Origin: a virus
Strand: one strand, 5' to 3'
DNA length: 64,000 bases
IMG/VR virus record: IMGVR_UViG_3300024348_000001
Location: 32,001 to 96,000 of that record
Shown: positions 8,994 through 18,153 of the stretch, one piece after another
Layout: the number at the start of each line of letters is the position of its first letter
Position numbering within the stretch: position 1 is the stretch's first letter
Made by a program: the position numbers and the translations under genes
The notes under the pieces: model-generated
What the model saw: the letters and a program-made list of their open reading frames with translations, nothing else
What the model was told of the DNA's origin: nothing
Databases searched by the model: none

Positions 8994-9920
8994 TTAAATA
9001 CCGGTTGGCGTCTTCTTGGCCGGGCGACCACGTTTACGTGCCGGCGGTTCTGTGTTACGCACAAAACCAGTTGGCTCAGTCATTTGCTCCGTACGACTGA
9101 CCGGCGTCGTATACTCACGCTCAACTTCAACACCCGCAGCCGGATCGACTTGTGTATCTTTTGCTGCAATGATCCGAGATACACGCTTCTTAATTTCATC
9201 CAAACGTGACACGGCTGTCTGCGCAGCTAAAAGCATATCTTGCAATCTTGCGCCTGTTTCTTGCAAAATGCTGTCCAGATTGTTTGTGACAACGTCTGGC
9301 GAGATTGCGTCTAGCGGATTGAAAATATATTGATCGGCAACTTCATCCATGTAATTGCCAAACTTTGCAGCCAACTTACCAATCTTCGTCACACCCGCTA
9401 CTGGACTGGTTGGACGTCGTACGGGTCGTCCTGCGTTTGAACTACCGCCGGAACGATCCAAAGCGCCCGAGATAACTTCCAACACTTCGTTTGCGGATAG
9501 CCCGTCACGGATAGCTCGTTCAATCATCGATTTCTGCGCAAGCGGATCTTCCAGACGTGCGGCATAAATCCAATGGTACACAGTCAAGGTCTGTCCGGTG
9601 CTCGTCAACTTACCCTGTTGCTCTACCACGTACTGATGGTCAGGAAACGCACGAGCAAAATTCCGATAATCACGCAACGTTGCTGCGCGGACGTTAAGGA
9701 ACGTCTCCAATTTGGCAATAGCATTAGCTCCATAGTAATTGCTGCTATCGTTCAATACGTCGTCCACCATCGCACCAATGCGATAGAAATGGATAACCAT
9801 TTTCTTACTACTGTCCGTCAATTCTTTCTGCAATTTAAGCGCTATTTCTTGCAGCGCTTGCGGCATTTGCGCAAACACTTCGTGCCGCTGAGCAGACATT
9901 GGACCGATCAGATTCGACAT
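8994..9920 (-). CDS. DUF1016-N-like putative DNA-binding protein
   Basis: YRIG..YYGANAIAKL..LRDYRNFARAFP..YHW pattern; C-terminal AT-hook-like KRGRP; start reset to ATG 9920. Confidence 0.55.
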   Translation of the reverse strand: MSNLIGPMSAQRHEVFAQMPQALQEIALKLQKELTDSSKKMVIHFYRIGAMVDDVLNDSSNYYGANAIAKLETFLNVRAATLRDYRNFARAFPDHQYVVEQQGKLTSTGQTLTVYHWIYAARLEDPLAQKSMIERAIRDGLSANEVLEVISGALDRSGGSSNAGRPVRRPTSPVAGVTKIGKLAAKFGNYMDEVADQYIFNPLDAISPDVVTNNLDSILQETGARLQDMLLAAQTAVSRLDEIKKRVSRIIAAKDTQVDPAAGVEVEREYTTPVSRTEQMTEPTGFVRNTEPPARKRGRPAKKTPTGI

Positions 9921-9969
9921 AACAACCTCCGGTAAAAACAATCCCACCATAACTCTTTTGAATTGGTCG

Positions 9970-10554
9970 TCAATACGTCCAACCCGTGTTTTTAACAACC
10001 TGTAAAAAATTATCAAACCGCTGCACATACACAAATTTGTGACAGTTTAGCTGTGGATATACAAATACAGGTCCGACGAATTCCGTCATTTGCAGCGTGT
10101 GTGCAATCATCCCGTGCGGAAATCCTTTGCGCGGTACAATTAATCCCGCCGGGCGATTAGCAATTGTGTCAACTTTCTCGTCAAAAAAATTTGACAGCAA
10201 TTTGAACACCGTTGAGCGCGAAAACTCTTTGAACAAGCTAGGTAAAAAACAAGACTCGTCAAGATGCAGAGCTTTTGGCGGTTTGACCGCACCTAGAAAT
10301 ACAGGAAACGACGGGAACATATCTGCAAAACCAGAAAAAGTTAATTCCGAACCATTGTTGGCTCGAAGTTCTTGTTCTAGCTTGTTAGCGGCTTTAGGTA
10401 GAAAAAACTTCAACAAAAACCGTACCCGTGTTTCTTCGTATCCTTCGTAGTACGACGGTTGATGGGACAAACCCGCCAGCATCTCTTGTTGGCGTTGGAT
10501 CACTTCTGGATCCACACGCGCTTCAAACAAATCGTCATCATCATCATTTGGCAC
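9970..10554 (-). CDS. Hypothetical protein
   Basis: 194 aa, acidic N-terminus, overlaps the RecA stop. Confidence 0.7.
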   Translation of the reverse strand: MPNDDDDDLFEARVDPEVIQRQQEMLAGLSHQPSYYEGYEETRVRFLLKFFLPKAANKLEQELRANNGSELTFSGFADMFPSFPVFLGAVKPPKALHLDESCFLPSLFKEFSRSTVFKLLSNFFDEKVDTIANRPAGLIVPRKGFPHGMIAHTLQMTEFVGPVFVYPQLNCHKFVYVQRFDNFLQVVKNTGWTY

Positions 10555-12037
10555 GGTTGATCAATCGCTCCAAATGGTTTGCGTAATCCCCAGTCAGTGT
10601 GGGAATGTGTGCAATGCACAATCCCTTCCTGATCTTTTTAACTATTTCGGGATTGGCGTGAAGCATCGCTCCTAGACGACTCCATGACACGGCGTCCTTA
10701 CCGCTCATGCCTAACGTCTTGGACCATGCTTTATTCTCCACATCCGCACGCGTAGGGCATGTCACGTGAATGCCCAATGCCTCCAATCGTGGTTTGAAGT
10801 AACTGTGTCCTCCTTGATTCAGAATGTAATCCAGCAACCAAACAAGGGACCAATTCCAATCCCAGATCGTGTGCTGTCGTGACGGAGCCATCTCCATGTC
10901 ACCGTCAATAATTTCTTCAACATTGTTGTGCCGCCACAACAATCTTGTCGCAATCTTTTTGACGCCTTCGCTGTATGAGTTCTTGAACGTTTCAATGTTC
11001 ACCTCATATCCAACGAACTTTGATGACACGATCTTGTGCTTCGGTCCCTTCGCTTTGGACAACTGAAGCTCGACAGATTCCTGAAACCCTAACTGCTTGC
11101 CGCCACCGATTGAACGCGTCGGTAGTCCTCGTTCGTCCATACCGGTCTTCAACTGATTGACGGTTACCAGCGAGAATGGCCAACCGTCAAACTCCTGCGG
11201 GATAGCTTTGATAAACTTGGTATTAACCAACGCTTCTGTGGCAAAACCACGTGCGGCGTTACCAATACCTTTACCTCTCAAACCATCCTTGCCAATCTTG
11301 CCAAGTATCTTTTCCTGTTCGGTTTCAGAGGCCTTACCTGATACAGAATCGACTCCGAACAAGAACGGGATCTTGCGGCCAAAACCCTGAGAGTCGGCAG
11401 ACCTCTTGGTGATCTTGATGGCGTCGGTAAGGTTGCGCTGCCACTCTTCCAAAGAACCTGCGCGTAGAAGCTGCGTCATCCCAAACATCTGCTCACCCAT
11501 GATTGACGCATACCAATCAGGATTGAACTTAGTCTCGGTCTCGACCAGCCAGAACCCCCCACCGAAACTCATGAACCACCGAGCAAACTCTGCCAACATC
11601 GCAGACTTGCCCACACCCGTCTCAGCCACCAGTTGATACATCAAACCCAACGGCAACGCATCTAAACCCAGCAAATACTCCATCGGCAATGACGGTGTCG
11701 GAATACCGATCATTAATTCTCGAGATTCCGAACCGATGAAATAATTAGCTGGCGTGGTCTTGCGGGCTTCCTCCACAAGTGCCGTCATGAATTTCCATTG
11801 TTGCTCAGGCCGAATCTTGCTTTTGCCTTTGTCCATGTCAGTGTTAATCAATTGCGCAGGCAACAAATCATCATCTGGCATTTCTGGAGCCGTAAATTCA
11901 GGTTCCTCTTCAATTTCTTCGACCTTGGGCTTACGCCCACGCTTCTTAGGTTTAACCGATTCCGTGTCTTCCGTGACAGGAACCGGCGTTACCCCCGTCA
12001 TTTCTTCGTCATCATCGTCCAACGGTGGCAATTGCAT
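10544..12037 (-). CDS. RecA/UvsX-like recombinase with disordered N-terminal extension
   Basis: Walker A ETGVGKS, VDSV, VNQL, GGGKQL and FKNS motifs; start reset to ATG 12037 downstream of the hairpin. Confidence 0.85.
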   Translation of the reverse strand: MQLPPLDDDDEEMTGVTPVPVTEDTESVKPKKRGRKPKVEEIEEEPEFTAPEMPDDDLLPAQLINTDMDKGKSKIRPEQQWKFMTALVEEARKTTPANYFIGSESRELMIGIPTPSLPMEYLLGLDALPLGLMYQLVAETGVGKSAMLAEFARWFMSFGGGFWLVETETKFNPDWYASIMGEQMFGMTQLLRAGSLEEWQRNLTDAIKITKRSADSQGFGRKIPFLFGVDSVSGKASETEQEKILGKIGKDGLRGKGIGNAARGFATEALVNTKFIKAIPQEFDGWPFSLVTVNQLKTGMDERGLPTRSIGGGKQLGFQESVELQLSKAKGPKHKIVSSKFVGYEVNIETFKNSYSEGVKKIATRLLWRHNNVEEIIDGDMEMAPSRQHTIWDWNWSLVWLLDYILNQGGHSYFKPRLEALGIHVTCPTRADVENKAWSKTLGMSGKDAVSWSRLGAMLHANPEIVKKIRKGLCIAHIPTLTGDYANHLERLINRAK

Positions 12038-12051
12038 AGAGTCCCCCAAAC

Positions 12052-12079
12052 GGGCACCGCAACCGAAATTGCGGTGCCC
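12052..12079 (-). terminator. Terminator-like or RNA-processing hairpin
   Basis: Perfect 11-bp stem GGGCACCGCAA/TTGCGGTGCCC with TTTCGG loop (minus strand), followed by GTTT. Confidence 0.6.
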
Positions 12080-12096
12080 ACGAAACAATTAAACAC

Positions 12097-13701
12097 TTAT
12101 TTTTTACGAGGCGGTCTTGGCGCAGGACTCTTTGGAGGAGCATTGCGCGCGGACTTTGGTGGCGGAGGCATATCGTCATCATCCTCGCCGTCTTCTTCAA
12201 AATCGTCGTCTTCGGTGGCTTCACCTTCCTCCAAATCATCTTCATCTACAGGCAGTTGTTTACGGACTGGCGCCGACAATTCTGCATCGTCTTCGTCGTC
12301 ATCTTGAACCGCTGGCCGAACCGGAGTCGCTACGACTGCTTCGTCTTCGTCGTCGTCCATAGCGGGCACAGGAATTTTCTTCAGAACTGGCAAATCCAAA
12401 TCGTCATCGTCATCTGTAAACGTTTGATTGTTTGCAGGACGCGCCGGTGCTGCGGGTTTCTTGCTCACAGGCGGCGAGAAATCATCGTCGTCCTCAACTT
12501 CTACCATTGCAGCTTTCTTGGGACGAGGTGCTTCTTCCGCAGCCGGTACGCTACTCTTGGCGTTACCCAAGATCTTGCGCACGTCTGCGGTCATATACTC
12601 GGACCGATCAAACCACGCCCATTCCACCAACTTAGGAATAGAGCGGAACGCCTGTGCAATAATTACACACTTTTCTTCGTTAGACGGGAAGTGCAAGATA
12701 CCTGCATTCACGCCAGACGGAGTCCAGAAGAATGACGATTTAACAACACGTTCAACCTGTTCTGTGGACAGAGATGGTTTAAACTTCTGTCCGCCCACAC
12801 CAAGCACTCGACTAATCGCAAACTCATAACCCGTTGGTTTCTTCGGGTCGATGGTGCCTGACCACGACATGGACAGCCACTGGCTCTTTGGATTAACAGC
12901 GTTCCGTGCCTGAAGCTTGGTTACCTTCGGGTTGAACGCACACACGAAATAGCCACCCGCAACAGTACGGGTGTCGGGATCAAACGTACCGACAGGATCT
13001 CCGTAGAGATACGGTGCGTTGTAATCCACATCTGGATTTCCATCGAACGAATCCGCTGGCGTGTCGAATATATTGAACAAGCTATTTGCCGAGGCAGGTA
13101 GCTGGATCACACACATTGCCTCGCCGGGTGCTTCACCAAGTGCATGTTCACGACCATTGCCGATATGCTCGACATCGCCATTGGCATACACAAAACCCTG
13201 CATGAAGTTCAGGGTAGTGGGTCGCGTGATTGACGCACCCTTGCCAGCAGAACCAACCATCAACTGATTCCAACGAGCATCCCACGAACGGCCGCCGGCA
13301 AACACACCTTCCTTGTGCGCACGGAAACAAGACCAATAGAAATTGGTATACGGCTCGTTACGGCGTGATGCCTCGTCTCCGGGCTGATGCAACAAGATCG
13401 TGTACTTATCGCGATCATCTCCACCGAAATATTTAGCCGCAGGCACGGGAAACATGAAGTGCGAGTAATGCCGCTGCGCAGCACTCTCACGGCCACCTGC
13501 AAGGTTGTTGGGATTGTCGTAATCTCTGCCCGGCACCGGACGGAACAGCAACGGTCCCTTGGTGTAGTTCGGACGGATTAGCTGGAACGGAAGCGAACAA
13601 CGTGGATCCAATGTCTTATCGTCGGGCGGTGCGCTGCTGCGCTTGTCATTGCTACCGTGTGCCCGTGAATCGTAGCTCGGTCTCTGCCATTTATCAGACA
13701 T
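12097..13701 (-). CDS. Putative ssDNA-binding or recombination mediator protein
   Basis: Lies between PolA and RecA; globular core plus about 150 aa D/E/P-rich tail; no diagnostic motif. Confidence 0.45.
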   Translation of the reverse strand: MSDKWQRPSYDSRAHGSNDKRSSAPPDDKTLDPRCSLPFQLIRPNYTKGPLLFRPVPGRDYDNPNNLAGGRESAAQRHYSHFMFPVPAAKYFGGDDRDKYTILLHQPGDEASRRNEPYTNFYWSCFRAHKEGVFAGGRSWDARWNQLMVGSAGKGASITRPTTLNFMQGFVYANGDVEHIGNGREHALGEAPGEAMCVIQLPASANSLFNIFDTPADSFDGNPDVDYNAPYLYGDPVGTFDPDTRTVAGGYFVCAFNPKVTKLQARNAVNPKSQWLSMSWSGTIDPKKPTGYEFAISRVLGVGGQKFKPSLSTEQVERVVKSSFFWTPSGVNAGILHFPSNEEKCVIIAQAFRSIPKLVEWAWFDRSEYMTADVRKILGNAKSSVPAAEEAPRPKKAAMVEVEDDDDFSPPVSKKPAAPARPANNQTFTDDDDDLDLPVLKKIPVPAMDDDEDEAVVATPVRPAVQDDDEDDAELSAPVRKQLPVDEDDLEEGEATEDDDFEEDGEDDDDMPPPPKSARNAPPKSPAPRPPRKK

Positions 13702-13717
13702 GTCTACCTCACCTTAG

Positions 13718-16700
13718 TTATTTTGCAAATCTCTCAGGTATCCCCAGCCGCGTGCAATCTTCAAGACTGTATGGCTCACCCCAGTACTTTTCAACCACAA
13801 TGTCCACGCCTAAGCGATAAGGACCACCGGGTCGAGGACTACCGTCCAAACCACTGGGATAAATCGGTACACACTCTTGCATTGCATAGGGAATAAGCTC
13901 ATCCACAACGTATTCGATCAAATCGTAGCGAACTTCAAGCAATGCTGCATCATGAATTTGCAGAAGCATTTTAATTTCGTTTTGTAAATCGTTGTCATGG
14001 ATGATTTTACGCATCCATGCCAAACCACGATTTACACACGAAGCCACCATGCTCTGAATAGGAAAGTTCTGCGCTTGTCGTTGAAACTCGCCAAGGATCT
14101 TTTCATCAGACGTGTGGGCAAACCGGCGATACCTCCCGAAACATGAAGTCAGCCAGCGATGATTTTCAGCCCGATCCCGCGCGGAATCGAAGAAAGGCCT
14201 CAATCCTCCATACATCTGGAAGATCGTGTCAATCACCTGCTGTGCTTCGTCTACAGTAACCTCGACACCTTGCTCCTTGGCCTGAAGCGCAATTGCTTTT
14301 GCACCACGACCATAGGCAATGCCGAAGATCACATTCTTGGCCAAGGTTCTGAAGTGCGCCTTGCCGAGGCTTTTAAGTCCTGCCTTTGTTGGCGCACAAT
14401 CCAACCTGAAAGCAAGTTTGGCTACATTCGAGTGAATGTCGTAATAATCCGGATGCGGGTGTTTTCCGCCCTTCACAAGACTGCCTTCTGCATTATATCC
14501 CTCGTCAGGATGCAGCGCACGTGTTGCATGCGAAATCATAGTCGCATCGTCGGCCATTACTGCCATGCCAAACAATTCTGCGCCCTTGTAGTCAAACTCC
14601 ACAAAGGCATACCCATCCGTTGCTTTTAAGATGGAACGCAACTTGTGCTTGTAGCGATCCCCAAGCATACGGAAGTAATCAGGATCTCGCGATTTGCTGA
14701 TGTTTTGTAAGTTAGGACGTGCTGATCTCCAACGCCCAGTTTCTGTTGTAGGAAACAGATTGGTACGCGCACGACCGTCAGGATCAATGAATTCAGCAAG
14801 TCCGCCGTCGTAGGTCAGATTGCCGTCTTCGTCCTCATACTCGCCCGACTCTTGTTGACACGGTGGCCTCAATATAGATTTGAGCACCTGATCCAAAAAC
14901 CTCTGATCCCGCAACAAATTGATCTGATCCATTTGTGCTGGATTATCTTGCGCCAGAATCGACAGAATCATTTTGGACGTACCGGGTGACGCCGACTTAG
15001 TCAAATTCTTTTGCTTCAATTCATGCCATCTGCGAGGAGGCTTGCTGGTGTCAAGCAACGGTTCCAGATACAAACTGCGGCCCTCTTCAGGACGTAATCG
15101 CACAGGTTTACCGTCGGCATCCGTACGTCCGTTTAACGTTTCACCGAATAGAAATTCCTTGACGTGCTGCGTTGACCTGCCGTTGAAGTCCGGCCAGTTC
15201 GCCCAGTTCTTGAGCTGCTCTTCTTTCTCCGCACGCGTCTCCATGAAAGCAAACGTCAACGTGTCGATTCTGTCTCTGTCAATCAAGATACCGTTGCTGT
15301 GCATGTCGTAGATGACGGGCAACGTCAGCATCGATTCCCACAGAGCTTCCCAGCAATTGTTTCCGCAATAGTCGTACGAGATGTACTTCAGTAGCTCGAC
15401 ACAGATACGCCGCGTTACATCGGCATCGTAGTTAGCGTAGGGAATCAGGATTTCATCGGGAACATCACCGTAGCCGTAGATGGCTTGTCCCAGTCGCTTC
15501 TTCTCGTCTCGTTTCCATTTCTCTAGTGGCAAGTCATACCGGGGTGCTGTCGTGTAACGCGTGCTTAATACTTCCAAACCCAACTGTGCAGTTTCTTCGA
15601 CAGCGTGTGCCATCATTCCTGTGTCAAGCCAACCGTGACCTTGCTGTAAATACTTATAGGCTTCAATTGTTGGATCAGGACTTTCTACCAATACAGGACA
15701 ATCACGTATCGGATCAAAGTTGTACATCCTCAACCATTCCAAGTCAGCATTGAGGAAGTGTCCCACCGCCCTCTTGTCCTGCATGAATGTCTGCAACAAT
15801 TCCATCAACGCAGGAACGGCATTCTCACCAGCAGCGTTAACAAAACACGGGTTGCCTCCCGGTTCCGTCAAGACAAAGCATATCGCCTTCTTGTGTCCCC
15901 ACGACGCCTGAAGCGTACGCATGTAGCCACCGGGTTTGCGTGGACTTGGACCATGCCACTCAGCGTCCCAAGCAATCAATCTGTCTTTCAACGGCAATTC
16001 CGTAAACTCGTAATTAACTTCCGCAACCCAGTCTTCTACTTCTTCCAACGTCCTGACGGCCCGGTGATCAACATCTACTTCCGTGTTGTCTAACGTCGCT
16101 CCAGCAATCAACATCTTGAACCTAGCCAGATTGCGTTCAAACTGCCGAGCTTTGACAGGATCCCTTGTCACCTCACTTGGATGAATCGAGACCAACACTG
16201 AACACTCGTGAAATTCTTCAGGCTGATCTTCTGCCGTGTGAATCGGAAACCTGTACGTAAGCACCTGCCCTTCCGATTCAGATACTTTGGCATTCTTACC
16301 AAACAACGCTTTCAGTGCATCCGCTCCCAAGCACAAGATGTACTTGGGCTGCACGATACGCAATTCCTGATGCAACAGCGGTAAGCAATCCGCCAACCAC
16401 GCCGCTTTGATCGTTGCAGCATTAGCGGGCAACAAAAACTTAATAACGTTTGTTACGTACCATTTGTTGTAATTAGTAATTCCGACGGTTTGTAACGCAT
16501 CTTTGAGAGCCTGTCCTGCTGGTCCTACAAAGTTGGCGCAGACCCTTGCCTCTTCCTTCCACGGTACTTTGCCTATTACCATCACGTCAGTAGGCACAGG
16601 CCCAACTGAGAAACTGAACGCTCCTGCCAGATTCTCTAATGCAAAACTGCTATTGCCCGCATACCGTCCCCACAGATGCCCCGGTACAAAGTTCACAGGT

Positions 16701-17074
16701 TCCGAATATCCCGGTCGCACTACCACGGGCAGTGTAAATCCACGTTCACGCAACGCCCGCGTGTACAACTTCAACAGCGTTTCAGCCGGAATGTATTGTT
16801 GCTCAGATTTTTTCTTAGAGTTCTTTTTAGGCAAAATCGTTGCGTTGTGCCCGTCCAAATGCGTTGCATGTAACAAGAAGTTAGGCCCGGGTGGCGGCAT
16901 GCCGGGCGCGTTGTACGCCCAGCAACCTTGCTTGTTGATACGGCTACCAATCACACGCCGTTTAAGGCGAGCGTCGTCAGTAACGGGATCTAGCAAACGC
17001 CGCCTGATTTTTTTAGGTTGCGGCGTATTGTCAGGCGAATCGGACAAATCGCCTTTATGAATGTTCCGCATCAC
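13718..17074 (-). CDS. polA: Family A DNA polymerase with N-terminal uracil-DNA-glycosylase-like domain
   Basis: UDG4-like NFVGPAG/YVTNVIK/LCLG/HPS; exonuclease WDAEW, NADL, YANYD; polymerase TGRWRS..PNLQN, DYKGAE, AKNVIFGIAYG, QIHDA. Confidence 0.95.
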   Translation of the reverse strand: MMRNIHKGDLSDSPDNTPQPKKIRRRLLDPVTDDARLKRRVIGSRINKQGCWAYNAPGMPPPGPNFLLHATHLDGHNATILPKKNSKKKSEQQYIPAETLLKLYTRALRERGFTLPVVVRPGYSEPVNFVPGHLWGRYAGNSSFALENLAGAFSFSVGPVPTDVMVIGKVPWKEEARVCANFVGPAGQALKDALQTVGITNYNKWYVTNVIKFLLPANAATIKAAWLADCLPLLHQELRIVQPKYILCLGADALKALFGKNAKVSESEGQVLTYRFPIHTAEDQPEEFHECSVLVSIHPSEVTRDPVKARQFERNLARFKMLIAGATLDNTEVDVDHRAVRTLEEVEDWVAEVNYEFTELPLKDRLIAWDAEWHGPSPRKPGGYMRTLQASWGHKKAICFVLTEPGGNPCFVNAAGENAVPALMELLQTFMQDKRAVGHFLNADLEWLRMYNFDPIRDCPVLVESPDPTIEAYKYLQQGHGWLDTGMMAHAVEETAQLGLEVLSTRYTTAPRYDLPLEKWKRDEKKRLGQAIYGYGDVPDEILIPYANYDADVTRRICVELLKYISYDYCGNNCWEALWESMLTLPVIYDMHSNGILIDRDRIDTLTFAFMETRAEKEEQLKNWANWPDFNGRSTQHVKEFLFGETLNGRTDADGKPVRLRPEEGRSLYLEPLLDTSKPPRRWHELKQKNLTKSASPGTSKMILSILAQDNPAQMDQINLLRDQRFLDQVLKSILRPPCQQESGEYEDEDGNLTYDGGLAEFIDPDGRARTNLFPTTETGRWRSARPNLQNISKSRDPDYFRMLGDRYKHKLRSILKATDGYAFVEFDYKGAELFGMAVMADDATMISHATRALHPDEGYNAEGSLVKGGKHPHPDYYDIHSNVAKLAFRLDCAPTKAGLKSLGKAHFRTLAKNVIFGIAYGRGAKAIALQAKEQGVEVTVDEAQQVIDTIFQMYGGLRPFFDSARDRAENHRWLTSCFGRYRRFAHTSDEKILGEFQRQAQNFPIQSMVASCVNRGLAWMRKIIHDNDLQNEIKMLLQIHDAALLEVRYDLIEYVVDELIPYAMQECVPIYPSGLDGSPRPGGPYRLGVDIVVEKYWGEPYSLEDCTRLGIPERFAK

Positions 17075-18153
17075 GTATCCTCTTTTGTTTTCTGGCAGAC
17101 CATGCGATTGAACGTCACGGTAACGCCCTGTAACGCTGCCTGTTCTTTGACATACTTGCGCAAGACCCTACGGTTTGTAGACCCGGGATCTGTACCTTCT
17201 GGCAACTTGACGTGAACAAACCCACCAGAATGCGCAAGCAAACGAGGATTGTGCAACAAGTTCTGCACATGCTTCTCAGCGTATGCCTCAGGATCAAACA
17301 ACAACACGATTGGTCGCGCAGGACGCCTAAACGCTGCTGTGATTAATTCTAATTGCCTGTCGCTTATGGAATGGCCGAAAGTGCATACAGCACCATCACC
17401 AAAACCCCATACATCAACAACGCCTTCCGTGATGACGCAGGCGTTGAACAGCCTAGACCTGTCAAGGTTGTACACAACCGTGCTTTTCGACATCCCCGGC
17501 ATCGTAAAGTACTTTGGAGGTAAATTCTTCTGCGTCTTCCAGTCCAGTTCACCAACATATCGTGCCTGCCATCCTTTCAATACTTTGTTCTGATAGACAG
17601 GAATTATCAAACGGTCTTTGGCCAAACTATACCGACTGGCTACACAGTACCGCACGTCGTAAATGCGTTGCAGGCGCCCGGGATCATACCCACGCTCTTG
17701 CACATACTGGATTGCTGCATGTTCTTGTGGCAAAGTCAGCAATGGAACACAATCGCCCGGCCACACGGCAATCGTGTCGCTTTCCGCCACTCTGCGTCCC
17801 GGTTTTACTTGCACCTCGCTCAACGGAATCAACATAGGTGATTCCAGCTTGTCCACAAACTCGGAATAATACTGTGGATTGCTCAAGCAATTCTCGTTGA
17901 AGCAATGTGCCAAAAACCTCATCGGCTTACCGTCAGAACCGTTCTGCCCAAACATGTACGAGATGTACAGGCGGAACCGAGAATCCGTACAGAATGGGCA
18001 GCATACCTGATAGTACTCACCCTTACTGCGGAAATTCAAACGACGCTTGCCCGCCACCATCATGGTGTCAGCATCAAATTGTTGACCAGCGCTGGAAACC
18101 CGAACTCTGCCAAAAAGGGTTTCCAGCCGCTTGTGTAGTGGGAAATTAAGCAT
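17071..18153 (-). CDS. DNA primase (Zn finger plus TOPRIM)
   Basis: CPFC..HCFNENC, RLIIPV, GWQAR, ITEGVVD and LLFD motifs. Confidence 0.85.
   Translation of the reverse strand: MLNFPLHKRLETLFGRVRVSSAGQQFDADTMMVAGKRRLNFRSKGEYYQVCCPFCTDSRFRLYISYMFGQNGSDGKPMRFLAHCFNENCLSNPQYYSEFVDKLESPMLIPLSEVQVKPGRRVAESDTIAVWPGDCVPLLTLPQEHAAIQYVQERGYDPGRLQRIYDVRYCVASRYSLAKDRLIIPVYQNKVLKGWQARYVGELDWKTQKNLPPKYFTMPGMSKSTVVYNLDRSRLFNACVITEGVVDVWGFGDGAVCTFGHSISDRQLELITAAFRRPARPIVLLFDPEAYAEKHVQNLLHNPRLLAHSGGFVHVKLPEGTDPGSTNRRVLRKYVKEQAALQGVTVTFNRMVCQKTKEDT

Noticed and set aside
10544-12088. ORF-track starts for RecA (12088), AAA (51004) and 48882..49193
   Set aside because: These extensions run through terminator hairpins; downstream starts fit better
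17507-17516. AAAGTACTTT palindrome as another motif copy
   Set aside because: Differs at both ends, lies mid-gene and is not near a start
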